Positions 41,680 to 54,824 of a DNA stretch of 64,000 nucleotides are shown here, one piece after another. Below the pieces are notes generated by a model, which was given only the letters and a program-made list of their open reading frames with translations, made no database searches and was not told the DNA's origin. Position 1 is the stretch's first letter. Each line of letters opens with the position of its first letter. This DNA comes from Octopus vulgaris (Eukaryota): the NCBI GenBank assembly GCA_951406725.2, contig OX597816.1, forward strand, positions 135,594,001-135,658,000, in the 5' to 3' direction. A program made the position numbers and the translations under genes.

Positions 41680-43632
41680 GTACCTAAGAGATGATTCTTT
41701 ATTATGATAATTATATCATACATAGATGGGACATTACAAACAAATAGTGCTTTTATGAGTTCTTTTTAAAGTGGTTTTAAAAATATGATGATGAATGTTA
41801 TATTTTAAAAATTTACAAGTTTTACAAGTTTACCTTTGGCCATGAAGCCCAATGGCTACACCATACTTTTCTGCCATGGATGAAATTAAGTAGGATCATT
41901 CATACCCAACTTCCTTGCCACATCCTTCCATCTTTTCCTGAACATGCTTCATGACAGGTGTCTCCTCTCCAGCCCTATCTTGCCCTTCAGATGATATCTG
42001 AAGTAATATAGCAAACCAGGGCCGGAGACGAAAATTCCCATCGCGACTCCTTTCATTCTAGTTTTCCTTTATACACTCTTTCGATACTGCAACTGTGCAT
42101 AAAAAATATGCTTCATCTTCCTTTGATAGTCCGGGTGGTGGTACAATCTCAGTCATTGACTCAACAGATAGCTGTACTCTTCCTAGATGCGACAGCACGT
42201 GTTCTACATAAATTATCAAGCCCGAAAGCTCTGGGCACTGTACAAGGGCATGCAGAATGGTTTCATCATCCTGCCTGCACCTTGGGCATGCTGGTGGCAC
42301 AGACAATCCATGCCTAGACAATTTGTCGCAAACAGGTCAGGGATTAAAGCAGTGTGGCCTACGCCCCTCTACTGCAACTCTCACACTCAGCTCCTCCCCT
42401 AGGAATACCTTATCGGGCAGCCCTTCTAATACTTCAGAGTGGCTTGAACCATGATCTCAAGGGTCTGTCCCTTCTAATTTTTGGCCTCTTTCTTCTTGAT
42501 CTCTAAAAATAGACATTTCTTCTTCCATATCATAAGTTATAGCTGCTGCTATTCAAATTACATCGTATCTTGCTGGTATTTCTTCAACGGAAATTTTTGC
42601 CGTTCTTCTACCCAAATATGTTGGTAGTAAAATTATTTCTTCATTTTTTAATGTTCTTGTTGATAACTCTTTAGCCGTGTTCTCATTAGCAAACTGTGCT
42701 TCTACTATGGCATTCCTTCTACCACACCCAATGTACACAATTTTCTTCCATATAGATGCCAGACACCTTTCAGTTGTTTCACTTTTACAGGTTACAATTC
42801 TTTTTTCCTTTAGGTTGTATGTTTTGTATACCACTGTTCTCACAGCAATATTTTGTACCATTTTGTAACTTCATATCATATCTGTTCTTTTTTACTAAAT
42901 TCCTATACTTAAACAATTCAGCCATTGTCACTTCTAGTGTTATCATATTACTGCCTACAGCAGCTGCAAAACTGGGATTTTCCTTAAACACTTGTTTCAC
43001 ATTATCAGTTTCTTTGTTTAATACTTTTTCCATTTCTGGGAAATCCTCTTTAGACATTATGTTGAATTCAGTAATGTAATTTTACAGAAAATAAATTCCT
43101 TAAAAAGGAATACAAAAATATTTTTTGACAAAAAGTCATTTTTGCCAAAATTATTGACAAAAAAATCAAAGGGTTCAAGTCACAAAAAGTCCACTAGTAG
43201 AGTTTTCCAATAAAAATTTCACAATTTTCTGCCCCGCAGGGTGAAAATGACAGTTCACAGATGAACAGCAGTTCAAATTTCAACAGGTACAACAAACAGT
43301 GCAATAACAACAAAACATTAGATAATAACAGATAGAACTCATAAACAAGTTGCAGCCAACAGGAGATGTAGCTAAGAGATGACTCTTTATTACAATAATT
43401 ATACATCATACATAGATGGAACAACATGGGACATTACAAACAAATAGTATGTTTATGAGTTCTTTTTACAGTGGTTTTAAAAATATGATGATGAATGTTG
43501 TATTTACAATTTACAAATTTTATAAGTTTACTCTTGGCCATGAAGTCCAACGGCTACACCATACTTTTCTATCATGGGTGAGATTAAGTAGAGTCATAAA
43601 TACCCAACTTCCTTGTCACATCCTTCCATTTT
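41680..43632 (-). mobile_element. L1/Tx1-clade LINE relic: ORF1-like piece, zf-RVT piece and duplicated 3'UTR
   Basis: CPRC...ETILHALVQC zinc motif (42058-42321); ORF1-like fragments 42553-43057; about 250-bp direct repeats at 41680-41938 and 43365-43634. Confidence 0.65.
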
Positions 43633-46600
43633 TCCGAATAATGTAACCATCTAAGGTCATCCAGGAGACAAATTGTGAACAATTTAGGGGAGATTTTTTT
43701 CTTTTTTTGGTAAAATCCAAAAACTAAAACAAAATGATTTTTACCCACCCCCTCTTAAAAAAAAATCATTACTGTAGATAGTAATGTTAAATCCTCATCA
43801 CTGTTTGTAGTTAATTGCCTTTCACCAGTAAATCAATTCAATAAGGCAAGGCAGTCAGCTAGGAGACACAGAGAAGACAGAATCTTACCCAATGTTTTAA
43901 TAACATTTGCTTGTTATACATTGCCAAGCTTTTCCAACTGAGCATTTATCATGAATGTAGAAATCCATTACTGATTACAACACTTCACTGAATTGTGAAT
44001 TAATCCAATGACTGCAAGAAACTCAATTGTAAAATCAATATCATGAGTTATCCAGTGAATATCTAGTAGAAAGTAATTCCTCTGAGCCTGATATTCATTA
44101 TTAATGATCTCTTTCATGATTGTTACAGAAAATTTAGTGTTGCGCATTCAACCATTTATTAAATATGTAAACAGTTAAGAAAAAAAAAATCATTTCCATT
44201 CAGTTTTATTTTTTTGATTCATTGTGATTCTTTTCATTGTCAATGGCAATTTCAGCTTCATTGGCTATTTTATGCACCTAAAATAAAATATCATCAATGT
44301 AACTGATTGGTTATTTTCATCTATGCAGAAATTTTTACAATAAATAGAAACTACCTATGACATTAACATAATTCATTTTCCACCAAATCACATACTAAAC
44401 ATTGGATGGATGAGCCTAAAATATTTTTGCATTTTCTGAAATTTTGTAATGGAAAAAAACATTTTTAACCCTTTGACAACATAATTAAATTTTTTTGATC
44501 ATTCCCATAATGAAATTAATCATCCACCAAAAGAGAAAAAAAAAATTGTATTTTCTGCTTCTGCAATACTTTTTCAGTATTTCCTATAAGTGCAGTTTTC
44601 ATATCCACCACTCAAAGTATTTCATCCTTGCTCTGTAAAAAGATATTTGATGAAATATATGAAAAACTTTAGAAAATCTGAAAAGTTGCCTTTTGTAAAA
44701 TCTGCCACTGGTGACATCTTTGCTTCTCACAACATAAGGAGGGTTTTTCTCAAGGTTGTTGGGTAAAACCACTTTCTGCAAAAGTTAGGTGGGGGGGGGG
44801 TGTTTTAAAAATCTGTACTTAAATTCTAAATGTTATGTTTCCTCTTAACATCACAACCATATGTGCATCATTGTACAAACTGAATAGTAAAATTGAGTAT
44901 AAAATTATTCAAGTGCACTATCATTATCAATTAAATTTGATTATTTTGCAAAAATATTATTATTTTCACAATGAGGAAAGTACAGCTTGTCACTTTTATA
45001 GCTTACACTGGTAAAGTTCAAAGGTCACTTTCGATTTTCATTTTTGTACTTTAATTTGTTCAATGTATTTTATACAGTAATTATAATAAATCAGATTAAA
45101 CTCTTCTTTCTGTACATAATAATACTAAAGAAAAGTCTGTTTATTACACAGTAGAAATGTTTCATGAGATTTCATTGCCTGTAATTAGTTGTATTATACA
45201 TGAATGTACATTATTATCAATAATATTAATACACTAACTTCTTGTTTTTGTACGTACTTGTTGTGTGCGTCACACTTCAAAGAAGTGGCAAAGCGAGAGA
45301 GAGGAAGTAAGAGAGAGTGAGAGAGAAAGAGAGAGATAGTGAAAGAGACAGTGAGTGGTGATGGCATTCGTTTTGTGTCTTTAAATGTTTCAGAGAGGAT
45401 GTGAGAGAGAGAGAGAGGAAGTGAGAGAGAAAGAGAGAGAGAACGAGAGAGAGTGAGTGGTGACAGCATTTGTTTTGTGTTTTTAAATGTTTATCACATT
45501 GCAAGAGAAGTAGATACATAGATACATATACACATTGTAAAATCAGAAGTGGGAGAGAAGAGGGACACAAAGGAAGTGAAAGAGAAAGAGAGAAAGTGAG
45601 AGAGACAGTAGATACATACATCCAAAGAAATGTTCATATATAGATACATACACACAGCAAATATTGGATGTCAGTTTCACTTTTCATTACCACATGAGGA
45701 TAAAATTAACTCACAAATGGTTGAGTACTCGGCAGACATGCATAACATTAATGTAGTTCTTGGGGAGATTCAGCCTCACACAGAATATGACATGGTTGGC
45801 TCCTTTGAATTACAGCTACAACTCGAGACACATATATATGAATGTATTTGTGTGTGTGTGTGTATAGTTTAGATTAGTTAAAACATGTTTGCAATAGTAA
45901 ATGTCGCATGGTGAAAATAAATGCAATTACCAAACTTTCATTCATAAATTCATTTATTTCGTTCTTTTGCGTTTCAATTTGTACATTAGGGTTCTTTGAA
46001 TATGTACGATGTACTTTAAGGTTAAATAGTAATTCTGTTTACATTTGTGTAGCTGAGATATTTTGCTTGGATTATACAGTCATTGGTGTTACATTACTTT
46101 CTATATTCTGTAACTGTCACAATATACTTTTCTAGGCCTGAATTTTTTTGGGGAAGGGGGCCAGTTGATTAGATCAACCTTAAACAGACGAAAGTCAAAG
46201 TCAATCTCAGCAGAATTTGAACTCAGAACAAAAAGACAGATGATCATAATGTACAAACATTTTGTCATGGCAAGAGTACACTGTTTACAGCTGCTTACAT
46301 TTTTTGTTTTCCAGGAATTTTTCATGGATCCACCTAGTACACAAATAAATACAGTAATATTAGTTACTACTTTTAATGCATTAGCTAACTAAAGAATTCA
46401 TCAGATATTACTGACAGGCATTTACAATTATATATTACCTACTGTATATAATATTCCATTTTCTTCTATATTGTAGATACAAAGTTTTTACTTGATTTCT
46501 TGCTAGTTTCACTTGACATATTGCTAGCTGTGGGTGGTAATAATGCCAAATTAATGAGGTATTGGACTACAAGTATAAAGCCAAATATGTTTTAATGTCT

Positions 46601-46765
46601 TTTGAAGATATATTCAATTCTTTTAGCCTCATCTTAATGAACTAGGAATTAGATGTATAACTTTCTAGGAAAAGTTTTCCATAATATCTAGCATTTTATC
46701 CAAGGAAAAAATTGAACTTGTTTGACATTCTATAATTCTTTTAATTACTGCTTGGATTTTTTCAG

Positions 46766-46930
46766 TGAGATTTGGAATCTGTCTAAGTATTATGAAGAAA
46801 CACTGAAAACACGCCAGAAAAGGTCTCACAACTTGGCATTGAAACGGAAGTGTGAAGAGGAGCCTTTAGTGAAAAAGAGAAAATCAGAAGATGGTAAAAC
46901 CATAATAGAAATGGCTATACGATATAATAA
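46766..46930 (+). CDS. DUS2: DUS2 coding exon 11 (EIWNLSKYYEETLK...KRKCEEEPLVKKRKSEDGKTIIEMAIRYN), linker
   Basis: tttcAG acceptor, GTGAGT donor; phases fit both neighbouring exons. Confidence 0.9.
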
Positions 46931-47534
46931 GTGAGTATTTTGAAAAGCAGTATATTTTACATGTTATAGAATAATATAGAACCTTATATTCCAATATTTC
47001 ATCCAAAATATCAAAATTTACAGCACTATATCACAATAGTACATATAAATTACACATACATGTTACTAGGCTTCAATTAAGCCATTTATTTTTAATTAAG
47101 AAATAAATACTAATTTTAAAAAGAATAAACATTAAACAAAATAGGAATTATCAAATGAGTTTTTAGTTAGAAACAATATCTTTTTTGGATTCTACCATTC
47201 TTACAACATTTGCACCACTTTCATAGAGTTTGTTACCAAAACTTTTCACTTGAGACAAAGTGGTTGATTGGGATAGTTTACACCATTCAAATATGAATCA
47301 TCATCATCGCCATGTGATGCCCCATTTTATATGCTGGAATGGTTTAAACGGTTCGACAAAAACCAATGCGCCAGGTGTTTATACTGAGCTTCAATATCTG
47401 TTTCGAAATGGTTTCTACAGCTGGATGCCCTTCCTAATGCCATCCACTTTACAGAGTGTATTAGGTACTTTGTTTTCTGTGGCATCAGACTAACGATGTT
47501 GCCAAGTACTCACAAGGCAAGACCCCTCAATTGT

Positions 47535-47584
<50 letters not shown>

Positions 47585-48384
47585 TGTGCATGAGCATGTG
47601 TGTGTGCACACACATACACAACAGGCTTCTTTCATATCCACTTTGGTTAACCTGGATCTATCTTAACCCATGCAGTGGAACTGAGCCCAAAACCACATGG
47701 TTGGGAAGCAAACTTTTAACCACACAGCCACATCTGCTCTAAAAGAAAAAGCAATAGAACTATAAATGAAAAATTTTGCTTGTGTGTATGTGTGTGTGTG
47801 TGTGTGTGTGTATGTGTGTGTGTGAAAAATTTGGTCTGAAATTCATCATCATCATCATCATTGAAAAACCTTATTCTATGCTGGCATGGGTTGGATGGTT
47901 TGACAGGATCCTATGGAATGCATCGTGCTACAGTATCTGCTTTGACATAGTTTCTGTGGCTGGATGCTTTTACTAATGTCAACCACTTTACATCATGTAC
48001 TGGATGCTTTTTTTTTTTTTTTGTGCCATCAACACTGGTGAGGCCATCATGCAGTTTTTATGACCATCATCAGGCCATCATGCAGTTTTATGGGGCAACT
48101 TTATGCTAGGAGATGAGAGTAAAAGATGAATAAATGCTGAAGAGAAGGAACCAAGCAGAAGAGGTCTCTTGCTGTAGAAGAGTACCTTTAGAAAAGAGGA
48201 TGGGAGTGATCGTTTAGAACAAGAGAGCAATGAATGGCAAGCAGGAGTAGATGAGGTCTGACAGTGCTGAGCAGCAGAGTATTGATATTGTTACTTTTTC
48301 TTGTAATTTTCTCCATTTAAAACATATATTCTAATATATTTACTTATTTTTCTGTAAAAGTTAAGTTAAGTTTATTTTTTGGCT

Positions 48385-48722
48385 CAAAAAGCAAAAGCAA
48401 GGCCATGTAGGGGGACATGGAGTTATGTACAGGGAGGGTGTTCATGCAAAGAGTTCAGGCCATTTCTGGTCAAGAGAGTCTTTGAACCGAACGGTCGTCG
48501 GCATCCTCACTATCTCGTCCGGCAGCTTATTCCATGGATCCGCAACCCAGACGGAGAAAGCCCCTCTCCTTCAATTGAGATGAAATCATCGCAGATAGAG
48601 CTTTTCGGAGTAACCCTGCAGCCGACGCTCTGGAGCAGGAGTGAAGAACAGCTCTTTTGAGAGATTACACTTTCCGCTTATGATGTTGTGAGCAAGAATG
48701 AGATCACCATGGCGGCGGTGTT
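48385..48722 (-). mobile_element. CR1 LINE 3' fragment
   Basis: RRHGDLILAHNII...AFSV..ADPWNKLPDEIV...FKDSLDQKW; short (AACTT)n tail. Confidence 0.8.
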
Positions 48723-49293
48723 TTTCTAGGCATAGCTGTGTAGTAAAAAGTTTGCTTCCCAACCACATGGTTCCAGGTTCAATCCAACTGTTTGACACAC
48801 TTGGGCAAATGTCTTCTACTATTGCCTTAGACTGACCAAAGTGAGTGGATTTGATAGACAGAAACTGAAAAAGCCTGCTGTATATATATGTGTGCATGTG
48901 TGTGTGTGTGTGTGTCTTTGTGTATGTGTTTGTCCCCCACCACCACTTGACAACTGGTGTTGGTGTGTTTACATCACCATACCTTAGCAGTTTGGCAAAA
49001 GTGACCAAAATACCAAGCTTTACACAAAAAATAATAAGTACTTTGAACAATTCATTTTACTAAAATTCTTCAAGGCTGTACCCCAGCATGGTCGCAGACT
49101 AATGACTGAAACAAATAAAAGATAATGTCCTTTTTTTTTATTATTTTAGATTTACAACATGATTACTGATATATTTGTTTATTTGTACCCAAAAAGAAAG
49201 TAACAAATAGAAGCATCTCTGTTTTGGATTAATAAAATGACTATCCACAATCAACAATTTAGTTACTTTCGTAATTTGAATTATTTGTTTTAG

Positions 49294-49381
49294 GAGAGAT
49301 TACCCACTGGCCATTACTCCAAAGATGAGATTATTTGAGTGGACTTGCCGAAATAAAATGAAAGCCCCAATATACTGCACA
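49294..49381 (+). CDS. DUS2: DUS2 coding exon 12 (RDYPLAITPKMRLFEWTCRNKMKAPIYCT), dsRBD start
   Basis: ttttAG acceptor, GTGAGT donor; corresponds to YPAQITPKMCLLEWCRREKLAQPVYET. Confidence 0.94.
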
Positions 49382-49530
49382 GTGAGTCTGATTCTAAATT
49401 TTAACAAACCTTTTGCTACTTCTTTTCCTATTCCCACCACCTTTAATGTTTTTAACCCTTTCATTACCAAGTTTTCGTATACTTCTTTTGTTTCAACTAA
49501 TTTTGAAAATAATGAAGAATTTCTTAAAAT

Positions 49531-49817
49531 AACAATTGCAGCGTGGAAGGTGTTTATAAGCCATTTAAGAAAAACACAAAAACCTTTAGATTCACTTCAA
49601 CATTTAAATTTAATTTGTCAAAATATTTTCGTTGCTTTGAAACCGCGACCTGTTCACTGACAAAATTCCATGCAGCATGGAATTTTGTCAGTGAACAGGT
49701 CGTGGTCTCAAAGCAACGAAAATATTTTGACAAATTAAATTTAAATGTTGAAGTGAATCTAAAGGTTTTTGTGTTTTTCTTAAATGACTTATAAACACCT
49801 TCCATGCTGCAATTGTT
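49531..49817. repeat. 287-bp palindrome (143-bp arms, centre A49674)
   Basis: Arms differ at 4 positions by eye; mirror ORFs 49543+/49554- in the track. Confidence 0.95.
49684..49734 (+). ncRNA. Hammerhead-like motif with G3:C8 core variant (GUGAACA)
   Basis: Stem I TTTGTCA/TGACAAA; GTGAACA 49691-49697; extra G; stem II GTCGT/GCAAC; GAA; palindromic stem III AATATT; U at position 17. Mirror copy at 49614-49664 (-). Confidence 0.6.
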
Positions 49818-50324
49818 TTCGTTCCATCACAGGATTTCAGATCAGATCACTTGCTATGCAAGTACATCTCCATAATTTGTTAAAATAATTTTATCATTAT
49901 TAAGCTGGGATTTAGAACATAAATTAACATGGAATTTTCAATGAAAGCTTTAACTCTTTAGCAGTCTGATTATTCATTCACATTGTTTTGAATTAATCAT
50001 GCATTATCTGATAGCTTTGAGATTTTGATGAGGTAGCCACTAATATTTGGAATGACATTGTAGGGTTGGTGTCAGAGGCCAGATCTGGTCAGTTTGAACA
50101 TAAAACAGTTATGATATTTTGGCCGGATATGGCCAGTTTAAATGCTAAAGGGTTAATTTAAATCACCTTGAAACAACAAAGTTTTATCATAGAAACAAGG
50201 CAGTCTGCATGGATTGGTATCAAAAGGGCTAACATAGGAAAACAATCGACAAATACTGAAACTCACATAATGTATGTATTACTATCACTCCTCTCATTTT
50301 ACTTTTTCTTTCCTTCTTCTCCAG

Positions 50325-50398
50325 GTTGAACGACCTGATGATCGATGTTTTCACACTGTTCTGACTGTAGAAGACACAAAATATACTACACCCTTTTG
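50325..50398 (+). CDS. DUS2: DUS2 coding exon 13 (VERPDDRCFHTVLTVEDTKYTTPFW), dsRBD
   Basis: Long pyrimidine tract with ccAG acceptor, GTAAGT donor. Confidence 0.94.
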
Positions 50399-53269
50399 GT
50401 AAGTTCAGTTTTAAGTTAATTCTATTTAGATAACAACTTACTTGAAATATCTAACAAGAAATAAGATTGGATTTTTGTTTTCTTGATCACAAGACAATTG
50501 TTGTTTAGACCCCGGTCAGTCTTGAGTGAGCAGACCTATGATCAAAGCAGTTCATCCATGCCTACTGTATCTTTTATTTAGTGTATTTAGGACTATATTG
50601 CCCAGTGTCTCTTCCATTTTTTTAAGCTTGTAGGGTGGAATTTGTGGAATATTTGGCTGCTATTTCTGGCAAGTGTTATCGTAGAAGCTCTTTCATTGTA
50701 AATTTGCTTCAACACTAGCTCATTACTGAATCTGGTTCTCATTTTATCAATCCCAGTTATTTCATTGTTTTAACATGCATTTTCCCATGGTTGCATGGGT
50801 CAAATGGAATTTATTGAGGTAGATTTTCTATAGACAGATGTCCTTCCTGATATCAACCCTCATTTGTTTCCAAATAAGTGAATATTTCCCTGGGTATGTT
50901 TCCATGGAAGATTGGAAATGAAGGACACATCCTGCTTGACAGTGATGCTCATTTACAACACATGTTGTCCTTCATACAAAAACTGAATTAGGCCCCAAAG
51001 TTGTGTTTACCACTTCTGCTGCTGACATCTGCACTCTTGTCTCATCTGCTAAAAATTTGCTACTGTTAACATATCACAAACACCAAAGGAGAGTATACAT
51101 GTCCTGCTTCTCATTTTTTTTTTTCCCCCCAATTTTGATATTTTTGCCTTTGCTGTGGTCTCTTATCCATCTACATTTGCACTGCACTGCTTTGTGAGTA
51201 ACCTTTGCCAAAAACAAGAGCATCTGATTGTACTTTCAAGTACAAGCTGAAAGAAAATTTCCACTGCAAAACAACATGTACTCTGGCAATCCCACTCCTT
51301 TGAATTTCTTACAGAACTTTCACAACTGACCTTGATCAGTTCTCCATCTCTTAAGACTCATTGGAGAAAGAAGCATGCCAAATGTGGATCCAATTGCAAA
51401 CCAGTTTGATTCTACTGACATTGAAAGTAAATTGTTTTATGCAATGTCTTTCTGATCCACTTAATTTAGCTATATCCATCCACACTGAACTCCCTGCTGT
51501 GCCTCCTTAGTGACCCTGCTTTTCTCTTAGTTCTTTCTGAAGATTTCTACCACCAAGACCTATCTGTGCTTTTGACTTTGCGTACTGAAACAATGCTTCG
51601 TAGGCTACAAAACCAGGCCTCTTGTAGTTTGTATTGCACACGAAATCTCCTTCACACATGCAACAACTTCATCTACAACCGTCTCCACCATCTAGCAGGT
51701 GGTATATTCCATTGGGTATAAATTTCATTGGTCATAATGATTTTTCCATTTCTCTTACAAATCAAAAGGGAATTAATTTTCTTTGTCCATGTTATTTAGT
51801 CTTTAACTGTTCACCCTGTTGATTATTTTGGAGGTTCATTTTTTAAAAAAATCATTTTAGCCAAAGAAAGACTTTCTGTACTCCCTCAGACTGGTGAAGT
51901 TATCAGTGTTTATGTAAAGCGGCAACTTCTACAGGTTGTTAATTGTTATAAAAGTGTGGGCAGAGAGAGAAGAAGAGAGAGAGTCTCAGAGGGTTGTAAT
52001 TTGGAGAAGAAAAAATTAAGGTATTCAGTGTCAGGTTTAGTGGATTAGACAAAGAACAGAGGAGGATCTAATGGATGTGCAGCTTGCTAATTTAAAGAGG
52101 TACTTATGTGTACCTGTAAAATATTATAACTACTAGCCTTACAGATATACGGTTTCTTTTAAGTATATTTGTGAGTGTAGTAGTATACAGGATATTATTG
52201 TTCAGTAAAAGGGTGTGGTGTGATTTACCTTGATGTAATTCCCACAGATATGTTTGTTGATGCGTGTACTCTACTGACATTGGCCTTACTTCAGCTGAAG
52301 TATATTCTGACCATGTAAAGAAGCTGAACCTTTTGAGAGTTTTATAAATATGGGGTTGCCATGAAAGTTCATCAAAGTTTGTATGGCCTAGCATTGAAGG
52401 GTTTTAGTTGGGTGTTGTTCATGATATAGAAAAGTGTAATGTAAGATTGTATTCTGGATAATTGATTGATTGTTGTTTGATACTGTTGAAATAAACTAGT
52501 TTATAGGATATTTTTGAAGTTTGTTCATAGCTGTGTACATTTGGTATCAGATGTCTAGGATGTATATTGGTAACAGCTATATATAGAAGGCGGATGAAGT
52601 GTGATACTAATCAATGAGTTGCAGTAATAACAAGACAGTCATTAATGTAAAATAGACAGAAGAACATTGACATGTACCATAGATGGCCTCAGTAAAGCAT
52701 ATTGTTATGGAGTCATCTGGTAAGAGATAAGAAATAATGTTTATTGGTAAGCAAAGTTGGCAAGGAAGCTTAGAGGGCATTATGTTAAACGCAACTGAGA
52801 GACATTCTGATGTTAAAGGTGACAACATTCTTTTTGCTGAAGTCCTATGAGATGAGAGACTACAGGTCTGTAACTTAATGAAAATAGATCTCGGAAATTG
52901 TACTGTTAGACGTTGAGAAGAGAAAGAAACTCTGTCATAAAACAGAACTAGCAAAACTCTGGTCAGAGTTGAAGTACCAGAGTTCAATACTTCCAAGGTT
53001 ATTGTGCAGTTGAATATGATATGATGTGAGATTATTTGATTAGGCATTGTTTAGGCAATCCATTGATAGTATTGTTGGTATGATGTTGGATTTAGAGGTA
53101 AGGAAGAATATAAAAGTGGTTTATTAGTTTGTTCAATATTCATTTTACCATGCTTGCACGGGTTAAACCAGGCCATATATGAGACACATTTTATGGTCGG
53201 ATGCTCTTCTTCCTGATACTTACTTGTTTTTCAGTTGCATTCTCAATATCACTGTCATCAAGTGATCTC

Positions 53270-53675
53270 TAACTGTGGAGGGAACCTGGGGAAGAGGTAG
53301 ACCCAGGAAGATGTGAGATGAGGTGGTGAAATATGATCTTTGGATGTTGAGTCTCACAAAGGTGATGACAAGTGACCAAGACTTTTGGCAATCTGTTTGG
53401 TTTGAGAAGACATGTGAAGCAAAGTGAAATTGTCATGACCAGTGCCAGTGACATGTAAAAGGCACCTGTGCTGATGACACTTAAAAGGAACATACTACAC
53501 TCTGTGGAGTGGTTGGCATTAGGAAGGGCATCCAGCTGTATAAACCGAGCTAAAACAGACTGGAGCCTGGTGCAGTTCTCTGGCTTACCAGTTCCAGTCA
53601 AACCGTGTACCCCATGCCAGCATGGAAAATAGATGCTTGATGATGATGATGATAATGATGACAACGACGATGACG
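53270..53675 (+). mobile_element. RTE 3' fragment
   Basis: GAAGAGGTAGACCCAGGAAGA...GGAGTGGTTGGCATTAGGAAGGGCATCCAGC...(GAT)n. Confidence 0.8.
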
Positions 53676-54824
53676 ATTCTTCTCCTCCTCAAGAGAGGAG
53701 TGCAGTTGTGAAGCACAATTTTGCTTTGAGGTTTTGTAACTGAGTAAATTCCACCAAAAGCATCTGGGAGCCAAGAAGTGACCCGTATGAAGAAGCTTGT
53801 TAGACCTATCTTAAATAAAGTACAGGTCTTTGTGTATATATATTGTGATACTAGCACAATATACAGTCTGCCGAAGGTTGATAATTTCCATTCCAGAACT
53901 TTTAAACCTATTAAACTTTTGAATTAGTTGCTTTCAATGGTTGTGGAAGCTATGAATATTTTGTCAAAGTAGATTCAGCTAAGCAAAGGTATAGAACTGG
54001 AGTGGAGTTATATAAGAAAAGTTTAGTTTAGAATGAGTTTCAGAAAAGTAAGTAAAAATATAAGCAGCAGTTAATGTAATAGCTTTCAGATAGTAAGCAG
54101 CAGTTGATGAAGATGGGGAACAAATGAAGTCATTAAGGATGATTATCTCTGAATCTCAGACAAGCCAAGAAATGAATGACCTTTTGCTACTTAGTAGTGT
54201 AGTGGTTCTGGGTTTGATTATACTGCATAGCATCTTGGGTAAGTGTCCCTCAAACCCACTAAATTTGATTGACAGTGAAATTTGATTGACAGAACCTGTT
54301 GGGAAGCTTGTTGGAAACTTATTGGATGTGTGTGTGTGCGTATGTGCATGCGGGCATATGTACGTCCATCCGTCCATCCATGTGTATTGGCATGAGATGA
54401 ACAATATCAGTACATCGAATAACCTGGCCATTTTTAGTTTCTTCTGAATTATATCCCTTTACACCAAGACCAATAAGATAAGTATCAGACAAATTATATA
54501 ATCAATAAAAAAAAAAACTCTTGAAAGCAATGTCCCCAACGTGGCTACAGTTTAATAACTGAAACTAGTAAAAAAATTTATCAAGAAGCGGGAGATGGAG
54601 ATTGATCCCACTTAAAATATTACACAATTCTTGCAACATTGTTTGGATTCCCTACATAATTGTTTCTATTAATCATTTTACTTTATATTAAGTATAACTA
54701 TTTTTTTGCAACTGGTAAGCTATTTAGCTATTGACCAAAACGTAAGTTTTAACCATATTATTTTTCAAACTACTTCACAAATAATTCTTTTTTTTTTCCA
54801 ATTTTCCAAAGATTGGGAATAAGA

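Noticed and set aside
43315-43340. TATCTGTTATTATC (- strand) resembling the U2 snRNA target of Keno-type Tx1 elements
   Set aside because: Only about 14 nt with a mismatch in AT-rich DNA; the rest of U2 is absent and the other repeat copy lacks it.
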